A stretch of DNA of 4,569 nucleotides. It comes from a virus (lineage: Duplodnaviria; Heunggongvirae; Uroviricota; Caudoviricetes). A program made the translations under genes and the position numbers. Position 1 is the first letter of the stretch. Every line of letters starts with the position of its first letter. Positions 1 through 4,335 of the stretch are shown here, one piece after another. Below the pieces are notes generated by a model that was not told the DNA's origin, ran no database searches, and was given only the letters and a program-made list of their open reading frames with translations. The stretch lies in IMG/VR virus record IMGVR_UViG_2681813320_000017; one strand, written 5' to 3'.

Positions 1-262
1 CAATGGTTTCAACCATGTACCGGATGTGTTCTGCCATGCGCTCCTGAAACTCAACATCGTCATCAAACGCACGGGTAATGGCTTTTTTGCTGGCCCCGTG
101 GCGTTGCAAATGATCGATGCATAGCGATTCAAACAGGTGCTGGGGCAGGCCTTTTTCCATGTCGTCTGCCAGTTCTGCCTCTTTCTCTTCATGGGCGATC
201 TGCTGGTAGTGACGCGCCCAGCTCTGAGCCTCAAGACGATCCTGAATGTAATAAGCGTTCAT
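1..262 (-). CDS. gam: RecBCD inhibitor Gam, short form (GamS); 5' portion only, gene runs off the left edge of the window
   Basis: Minus-strand translation from ATG at 260-262 reads [87 protein letters not shown]..., which I recognise as near-identical to phage lambda Gam (short form). CAGGAG Shine-Dalgarno-like motif shortly upstream. No stop codon before position 1. Confidence 0.85.
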   Translation of the reverse strand, partial: MNAYYIQDRLEAQSWARHYQQIAHEEKEAELADDMEKGLPQHLFESLCIDHLQRHGASKKAITRAFDDDVEFQERMAEHIRYMVETI

Positions 263-337
263 GGCTGAACTCCTGAAAATGGCTGTGAAAATATCGCCCG
301 CGAAATGCCAGGCTGATTAGGAAAACAGGAAAGGGGG

Positions 338-481
338 TTAGTGAATGCTTTTGCTTGATCTCAGTTTCAGTATTAATATCCATTTTTTATAAGCGTCGAC
401 GGCTTCACGAAACATCTTTTCATCGCCAATAAAAGTGGCGATAGTGAATTTAGTCTGGATAGCCATAAGTGTTTGATCCAT
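338..481 (-). CDS. kil: Kil, host cell-division inhibitor (47 aa)
   Basis: Internal Met of the 338..607 track [50 protein letters not shown] matches my recollection of lambda Kil along its whole length. ATG at 479-481, CAGGAG upstream, stop TAA at 338-340. Overlaps the 3' end of cIII as in lambda. Confidence 0.8.
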   Translation of the reverse strand: MDQTLMAIQTKFTIATFIGDEKMFREAVDAYKKWILILKLRSSKSIH

Positions 482-614
482 TTTTTGGGACTCCTGGCTG
501 ATTAAGTATGTCGATAAGGCGTTTCCATCCGTCACGTAATTTACGGGTGATTCGTTCAAGTAAAGATTCGGAAGGGCAGCCAGCAACAGGCCACCCTGCA
601 ATGGCATATTGCAT
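450..614 (-). CDS. cIII: CIII, FtsH protease inhibitor that stabilises CII (54 aa)
   Basis: Internal Met of the 450..674 track [57 protein letters not shown] matches recalled lambda CIII. ATG at 612-614 preceded by AAGGAG at about 6 nt spacing; stop TAA at 450-452. Confidence 0.85.
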   Translation of the reverse strand: MQYAIAGWPVAGCPSESLLERITRKLRDGWKRLIDILNQPGVPKNGSNTYGYPD

Positions 615-762
615 GGTGTGCTCCTTATTTATACATAACGAAAACGCCTCGAGTGAAGCGTTATTGGTATGCATATAAAAAGGCCCTCACACTGGAGGGC
701 AAAGAAGATTTCCAATAATCAGAACAAGTCGGCTCCTGTTTGGTTACGAGCGACATTGCTCC

Positions 763-790
763 GTGTATTCACTCGTTGGAATGAATACAC
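763..790. repeat. Perfect 9-bp inverted repeat (GTGTATTCA / TGAATACAC) with a 10-nt loop, in the ORF156-cIII intergenic region
   Basis: gtgtattca at 763-771 is the exact reverse complement of tgaatacac at 782-790. It lies just downstream (in the leftward transcript) of the ORF156 stop at 805-807. No U-tract follows, so it is not a classical intrinsic terminator. Confidence 0.4.
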
Positions 791-804
791 AGTGCTTATT
801 CGTA

Positions 805-1275
805 CTAATAAAACACCCAGTTTTCTGTTTCTTGGTTGTGTCCAAAGTTATATTCAATATCTGGTGTTGATGTATCAATATTCTTCATCCCATCAACAAG
901 AGTTGATACAACAGCCAAATCTTGTTTGATTCTCATTAAATGGTATTTCTTCCGGTGCAATAAACTCTCAATGGCAAGTTTCTTCGTTGGGAATGCAAAA
1001 GATCTTTCTGCATTTTTTGCTACTTTCTTAATTGCATATCTATTTCTCCTTTGTTTCCATTCCTGTAACCACTGATTTGGTGCTGGTTTAAAATTAACAA
1101 TCCAATGCGCAGGAACCAACCATGCATAATGCTCTGTCTGATGAAAAGCTATATATTGAAGTGCGAATATTTTTATCCCATCTTCTTCAACTGTCGCCTG
1201 GAATCTCCAGAAAACAGGCATTCCATCATGTTCAGTTTCTGATTCAGGAAAAGGTACGCTCCATGATTTTGTCAT
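805..1275 (-). CDS. Hypothetical protein, 156 aa, no recognisable family; accessory gene between N and cIII
   Basis: Full ORF with ATG at 1273-1275 preceded by GAGGTGA about 6 nt upstream; stop TAG at 805-807. Same strand and operon context as N, cIII, kil and gam. Visibly AT-richer than the flanking core genes. I cannot match it to lambda ral, sieB or ea10. Confidence 0.7.
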   Translation of the reverse strand: MTKSWSVPFPESETEHDGMPVFWRFQATVEEDGIKIFALQYIAFHQTEHYAWLVPAHWIVNFKPAPNQWLQEWKQRRNRYAIKKVAKNAERSFAFPTKKLAIESLLHRKKYHLMRIKQDLAVVSTLVDGMKNIDTSTPDIEYNFGHNQETENWVFY

Positions 1276-1333
1276 ATCTCACCTCAAATAAGTGGTTTGC
1301 TGCCTAATTTCATTTTCTGGCGACCAACACAAG

Positions 1334-1606
1334 TCACCTCGCCGTCAGTTGTTTGGATTTCCGGTAGCCTGCAGCGTAAATGGCTACGTTTGGAAGACAA
1401 GTTGAACCTTCATATTTTCTGGTCAACGTTGTCAGAGTTATAACTTCTGCTCTCATTGCTGGTTTGCGCTTGCATTGCAAGACCACTCGTGAAGGGGTTG
1501 GCCTGTGTAGCTTGTCGGAGCTAATCGACTCCTGACTTTGCAGGTTTGCGCGACGAGCTCTACGGCGAGAAGCTGCGGTGCCTTTAAATTCTGTTTTTCT
1601 GGACAT
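1334..1606 (-). CDS. N: N-like transcription antitermination protein (90 aa) with N-terminal arginine-rich motif
   Basis: The track ORF 1334..1678 has an internal ATG at 1604-1606 preceded by a strong SD (GGGAGGA, about 5 nt spacing). The product starts MSRKTEFKGTAASRRRARRANLQ..., an arginine-rich motif like the boxB-binding ARM of lambdoid N proteins (my recollection is that it is closest to the phage 21 type). It sits immediately downstream of a boxA/boxB nut site, in the position N occupies in lambda. Confidence 0.75.
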   Translation of the reverse strand: MSRKTEFKGTAASRRRARRANLQSQESISSDKLHRPTPSRVVLQCKRKPAMRAEVITLTTLTRKYEGSTCLPNVAIYAAGYRKSKQLTAR

Positions 1607-1704
1607 AGATTCCTCCCGAATAAACTTTGGCGATGCAATCTCGAAGCTCCTCCTGAGACGGTTGCTTCGGCATTGCATCCCACAGCTTATGTGGTTGGGT
1701 GATC

Positions 1705-1751
1705 TGGCTTTTCAGCCACGTAGTCGAGAGTTCGACGTTGTTTAAAGAGCC
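1705..1751 (-). promoter_or_regulatory. nutL: nutL-like site: boxA (GGCTCTTTAAACAACG, rc of 1736-1751) plus boxB hairpin (UGGCU-GAAA-AGCCA, rc of 1705-1718)
   Basis: On the minus strand, GCTCTTTAAACAACG matches the boxA consensus (GCTCTTTAACAA-like). It is followed after 17 nt by a perfect 5-bp stem with a GAAA loop. The same arrangement (GCTCTTT..AACAACG, then ..CTACGT.GCTGAAAAGC.AG hairpin) recurs downstream of cro at 4205-4250. A second small hairpin, GTCGA-ACTC-TCGAC, lies in the spacer. Confidence 0.6.
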
Positions 1752-1794
1752 TGCCAGTCTGTTCCGTTTGGCTTCCAGCGTCCTGCTGATGGTG

Positions 1795-1905
1795 ATAATA
1801 ATGAACTATTGGTTCGATATAATCAAGAACCATAAGTACGAAATTTTGTTGTTCATTCGTTTTCTCGAGATATGGTTTTGATATATAAGGTATTTTATTT
1901 TTGTA
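1795..1905 (-). promoter_or_regulatory. Probable pL/OL region (leftward early promoter and operators); exact hexamers uncertain
   Basis: AT-rich non-coding stretch upstream of nutL and N. Candidate minus-strand promoters: TTGATT (rc of 1821-1826) -17- CATTAT (rc of 1798-1803), or TTTACA further upstream. The motif AACCATAAGTACGAAA at 1828-1843 repeats the AACCATAA...GTACGAAAA motif seen at OR (3930-3957). Confidence 0.35.
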
Positions 1906-2023
1906 AATGTTGAGGATGAAGGTGATGGGGCAGGGATCAGGGTTGCACTGTTTAGCAAGTTGTATCTATCAGTTTTTCAATAAATACAATCGATTATGTG
2001 TTTTTAGGTGGGCGAACGTTGGG

Positions 2024-2050
2024 CAAAGAAAACCCGGCACTGAGGCCGGG
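2024..2050 (-). terminator. Rho-independent terminator ending the cI/ORF111/ORF227 operon
   Basis: Minus-strand RNA would form CCCGGC-loop-GCCGGG (plus 2033-2038 / 2045-2050, 6-bp GC-rich stem, 6-nt loop) followed by UUUUCUUU (rc of 2024-2031). It starts 7 nt after the ORF227 stop codon (2057-2059). Confidence 0.6.
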
Positions 2051-2056
2051 TGTGTA

Positions 2057-2740
2057 TTAGGGGGTTGAGACTCCAGAGAGCAATCCGTAGATTTTATATA
2101 CAGCAAATGCTAATGCTGGCAAGCCAAGGGCCCATTTGATTATATCAAGCTTAACATCACTAAGCTTACCTTCTAACTTTGCCTCTTGAACAGAAAGAGC
2201 TGCATCGATCTTTTTTGATTGGGAGTCAAGGGCACTCTCAATTCTACTCGATTGTATGTCCAGACGACTGTTGATTTGTTCGTGCTGAGTAACAACTAAA
2301 TGCTTCATCTCCTTTATATCTGAAGCCATTAGTTCACGCCATTTGGCCATATCAGCCTGCATTTTTGAGGCCACTGCATCCACTTCAGCTTTATTTGCCT
2401 TCAGAAGTGCCTGTATTTCGTTTCTGCTCAAATCGGACATTGCGGTTCCCTGTATAGGAGTTTCCTCGTACGGTGGGATAACATTAGATTGTCCTTTACA
2501 ATCGGCAACCCCTCCTTTATCTACGATTGTAGCAGTTAGCTGGGAATTGGTCGCATCATCCACCATGTTTTTTGGTGAATAAGAGGAAATAGGCGTAGAA
2601 AACAGATTACCTTTTGCTGTTTCCATGAACATCATGAAATCGCGAGTATTAACGTTATTCAGGGAAACTTGCAGTGGTTTAACAATACTTGATGTTTTGT
2701 AAGTAATAGTTAAATCACCTACTTCTTCCGGTTGTTGCAT
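2057..2740 (-). CDS. Hypothetical membrane-anchored coiled-coil protein (227 aa); distal gene of the cassette at the rexAB position
   Basis: ATG at 2738-2740 overlaps the upstream gene's stop (TAATG, translational coupling); stop TAA at 2057-2059. Ser/Thr/Asn-rich N-terminal about 100 aa; central region with heptad-like charged/hydrophobic periodicity (EIQALLKANKAEVDAVASKMQADMAKWRELMA...IDAALSVQEAKLEGKLSDVKLD); single C-terminal hydrophobic helix IIKWALGLPALAFAVYKIYGLL. Not similar to lambda RexA or RexB. Confidence 0.75.
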   Translation of the reverse strand: MQQPEEVGDLTITYKTSSIVKPLQVSLNNVNTRDFMMFMETAKGNLFSTPISSYSPKNMVDDATNSQLTATIVDKGGVADCKGQSNVIPPYEETPIQGTAMSDLSRNEIQALLKANKAEVDAVASKMQADMAKWRELMASDIKEMKHLVVTQHEQINSRLDIQSSRIESALDSQSKKIDAALSVQEAKLEGKLSDVKLDIIKWALGLPALAFAVYKIYGLLSGVSTP

Positions 2741-3060
2741 TACGACTTCGCTCCATTAGAGTTTTGTGCCTCTAATTGTTCGAAAAGAAGAACTATATTC
2801 TCTTGAAGAGCCTTTAGTTGTGCCATTGGCATTATCACAGTGCATTGCTGATTGAGTTCATTTACAGAGCCTATCTGCATATTCGCTCTACCTGGTTGAT
2901 CTGGTATATCATTTTGGGATAGTACCGCAGGTATTGACTTGTTTGCGATAAAATGTATACAAATGAGATTTTTTTCCGCTCCCGGTAGTGGAGCAAAACT
3001 AGCGAAGTCCGCATAGGTTTCAATATAATCCACAGATGGTTTAATTTTGACCGGTTCCAT
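2740..3060 (-). CDS. Hypothetical small protein (about 106 aa); proximal gene of the cassette at the rexAB position
   Basis: Track ORF 2740..3075 begins with TTG (3073-3075) then ATG (3070-3072), neither with an SD. The ATG at 3058-3060 (MEPVKIKPSVDYIETY...) is preceded by GAGAGG, so I place the start there; alternative starts at 3072 or 3075. Stop TAA at 2740-2742 overlaps the ORF227 ATG. No recognisable domain. Confidence 0.65.
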   Translation of the reverse strand: MEPVKIKPSVDYIETYADFASFAPLPGAEKNLICIHFIANKSIPAVLSQNDIPDQPGRANMQIGSVNELNQQCTVIMPMAQLKALQENIVLLFEQLEAQNSNGAKS

Positions 3061-3077
3061 AACGCCTCTCATCAAAT

Positions 3078-3106
3078 ATTGTAGGTTTTTTAATTCAATG
3101 TGTTAA
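3078..3106 (-). promoter_or_regulatory. Candidate sigma70 promoter for the ORF111/ORF227 cassette, independent of cI
   Basis: Minus strand: -35 TTAACA (rc of 3101-3106), 17-nt spacer, -10 TACAAT (rc of 3078-3083), in an AT-rich 108-bp gap between the cI stop (3184) and ORF111. Predicted start site lies just upstream of the GAGAGG SD. Analogous in position to lambda pLIT. Confidence 0.3.
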
Positions 3107-3183
3107 ATGTTGGTGGTGTGTTATTTAAAGTTATTTTGACATCCTCCACGCCCTGAAGGACGGGGCTTGTCGCGTACTTGAAG

Positions 3184-3891
3184 TCACAAACTTTTCAGCC
3201 ACTCCCTTGCCTCGATGTCATCCAGATGACGAGATTGCTTCAGAATACCAGCCACATACTCCACCTTTGCTACTTGATGATAAGGTAACGTTATTGGCCT
3301 GTGGTCCTGGTTGATGCTTGTAAATTGGTATTCTCCATCTCTGTCATAGCCAAGAATCTTGATCATGTTGTGTCCTTCAACGGTTCTGACAAACACCTCA
3401 TCCCCCGGGAATACTTTGGTGTTAGGCTCAATGAGTACATATTCTCCTGATTTTATTCTGGGCCACATGCTGTCTCCTTTCACACGAAGACCAAAGGCAT
3501 CTGGATCATCACTATAAATCTTGAGCCACCCATCGCGCTCTTCGGTCATCTCGATGGCACCATCAACACCAAGAATTGCCTCACCAACCACGCGCACTAA
3601 CCCTTTTTTTAATTTGCCAACAAATGAAAGAGTATCTTCATCATTCGCTCCATTTAACGAAGTGCCGTGCTGAAGCCAAACAACATCAACGTTTAGAAAT
3701 TTCGCAAGCGCATTCATTTTTTCCTGACGCGGTAAAGACTCAGCATTAAACCATTTGCTAACGCCTTTGGACGAAAGAGAAAGGGCACGGGCTATGGCCA
3801 TACCCCTACCATGTTCATCAAGACCAGCTTCTTTACAGGCTTGCGCTAGCCGCTGGGCGAATTCTTTGCGCACTTTTTCATTCTGAACCAT
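3184..3891 (-). CDS. cI: CI-type prophage repressor, N-terminal HTH DNA-binding domain plus C-terminal LexA-like S24 autopeptidase domain (235 aa)
   Basis: ATG at 3889-3891, stop TGA at 3184-3186. HTH-like segment GMAIARALSLSSKGVSKWFNAE; catalytic Ser in GDSMWP (Ser141) and Lys in HNMIKIL (Lys178), with 37-residue Ser-Lys spacing as in LexA. Divergent from cro across a 78-bp operator region. No SD before the ATG, consistent with a lambda-like leaderless pRM transcript. Confidence 0.9.
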   Translation of the reverse strand: MVQNEKVRKEFAQRLAQACKEAGLDEHGRGMAIARALSLSSKGVSKWFNAESLPRQEKMNALAKFLNVDVVWLQHGTSLNGANDEDTLSFVGKLKKGLVRVVGEAILGVDGAIEMTEERDGWLKIYSDDPDAFGLRVKGDSMWPRIKSGEYVLIEPNTKVFPGDEVFVRTVEGHNMIKILGYDRDGEYQFTSINQDHRPITLPYHQVAKVEYVAGILKQSRHLDDIEAREWLKSL

Positions 3892-3969
3892 GAGTACGAT
3901 ACTAAAGCACTTGCAAAAACTTTCAGTTCAACCATAATGCGTACTAAAAGTACGAAAAGGGATATTCCT
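3892..3969. promoter_or_regulatory. OR region: pR promoter (-35 TTGCAA 3911-3916, 16-nt spacer, -10 CATAAT 3933-3938), operator palindrome CGTACT-AAA-AGTACG (3940-3954), and probable pRM on the minus strand
   Basis: Divergent intergenic region between cI and cro. Near-consensus rightward promoter. A perfect 6-bp inverted repeat with 3-bp spacer lies right at the predicted pR start site. Further GTACG half-site-like motifs at 3893-3898 (AGTACGATACT). Minus-strand TAGTAT shortly upstream of the cI ATG is a candidate pRM -10. Confidence 0.7.
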
Positions 3970-4197
3970 ATGCAAAATCTTGATGAGCCGATTAAAGGTG
4001 TCGGCATCCCTGAAGTTGCGAAGGCTTGTGGAGTTAGCGAAAGGGCTGTCTATAAGTGGCTCAAAAACGGCTTCCTCCCTAAGACTGAGTTTTTTGGGAA
4101 AACGAAATACGCCTCAAAAATCGAAGAGATTTCTGGTGGCAAATATCAAGCAAGCGAATTGCTTGAAATAAGCAAAAAGAACCTTCTGGCAGCATAA
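3970..4197 (+). CDS. cro: Cro-like repressor / HTH DNA-binding protein (75 aa)
   Basis: ATG at 3970-3972 preceded by AAGGG at about 8 nt; stop TAA at 4195-4197. HTH-like segment IPEVAKACGVSERAVYKWLKNG. The track ORF starts at ATG 3937, but that codon lies inside the pR -10 hexamer and has no SD. First rightward gene, divergent from cI. Confidence 0.8.
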   Translation: MQNLDEPIKGVGIPEVAKACGVSERAVYKWLKNGFLPKTEFFGKTKYASKIEEISGGKYQASELLEISKKNLLAA

Positions 4198-4204
4198 GTA
4201 ACCC

Positions 4205-4250
4205 CGCTCTTTGTAACAACGGACATTCGTCCTACGTCGCTGAAAAGCGA
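4205..4250 (+). promoter_or_regulatory. nutR: nutR-like site: boxA (CGCTCTTTGTAACAACG, 4205-4221) plus boxB hairpin (TCGCT-GAAA-AGCGA, 4237-4250)
   Basis: Immediately downstream of the cro stop. boxA matches consensus and the nutL boxA. boxB is a perfect 5-bp stem with GAAA loop, sharing the core CTACGT.GCTGAAAAGC.AG with the nutL hairpin. Confidence 0.6.
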
Positions 4251-4279
4251 GTCCCAAGATATCTGACCAACTAAGGCCA

Positions 4280-4297
4280 TATGCGTTTCCACGCATA
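4280..4297 (+). other. Hairpin TATGCGT-TTCC-ACGCATA between nutR and cII; possible tR1-associated structure
   Basis: 7-bp perfect stem with 4-nt loop at 4280-4297, followed by ACCTTTCAA (weak U-tract). It sits where lambda has the Rho-dependent tR1. Confidence 0.3.
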
Positions 4298-4335
4298 CCT
4301 TTCAACTAACTATTCACTATTGGAAATCTTAAGAA

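Noticed and set aside
338-607. 89-aa minus-strand track ORF
   Set aside because: Only the C-terminal 47 aa (from ATG 479-481) correspond to Kil; the upstream 42 codons overlap cIII in another frame and lack support.
450-674. 74-aa minus-strand track ORF
   Set aside because: The true gene is cIII starting at the internal ATG 612-614 with an AAGGAG SD; the upstream 20 codons are an unsupported extension.
669-929. 86-aa plus-strand ORF
   Set aside because: Lies in the cIII-ORF156 gap and antisense to ORF156, with no RBS; it is opposite to the direction of the pL operon. Judged spurious.
836-1075. 79-aa plus-strand ORF
   Set aside because: Entirely antisense within ORF156, whose RBS and context are much better.
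1122-1307. 61-aa plus-strand ORF
   Set aside because: Antisense overlap with the 5' end of ORF156 and the N-ORF156 gap; no SD.
1453-1683. 76-aa minus-strand ORF
   Set aside because: Alternative frame overlapping N and its leader; no SD, and the N frame carries the arginine-rich motif.
1699-1881. 60-aa plus-strand ORF
   Set aside because: Antisense across the nutL/pL leader region; hydrophobic low-complexity translation typical of AT-rich non-coding DNA.
2343-2582. 79-aa plus-strand ORF
   Set aside because: Antisense inside ORF227.
3151-3168. GCCCTGAAGGACGGGGC, which resembles lambda boxB (GCCCTGAAGAAGGGC)
   Set aside because: It is on the plus strand inside a leftward-transcribed region, has no adjacent boxA, and would form only a 4-bp stem with a 9-nt loop. 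Most likely coincidental or a minor RNA structure, not a nut site.
3937-3969. Upstream ATG at 3937 as the cro start (track ORF 3937..4197)
   Set aside because: This ATG lies within the predicted pR -10 hexamer, upstream of the likely transcription start, and has no SD. The ATG at 3970 has an AAGGG SD.
3980-4171. 63-aa plus-strand ORF
   Set aside because: Alternative frame inside cro.
4114-4305. 63-aa minus-strand ORF
   Set aside because: Antisense across the cro 3' end and nutR; no RBS; the region is better explained by nutR and the tR1-like hairpin.
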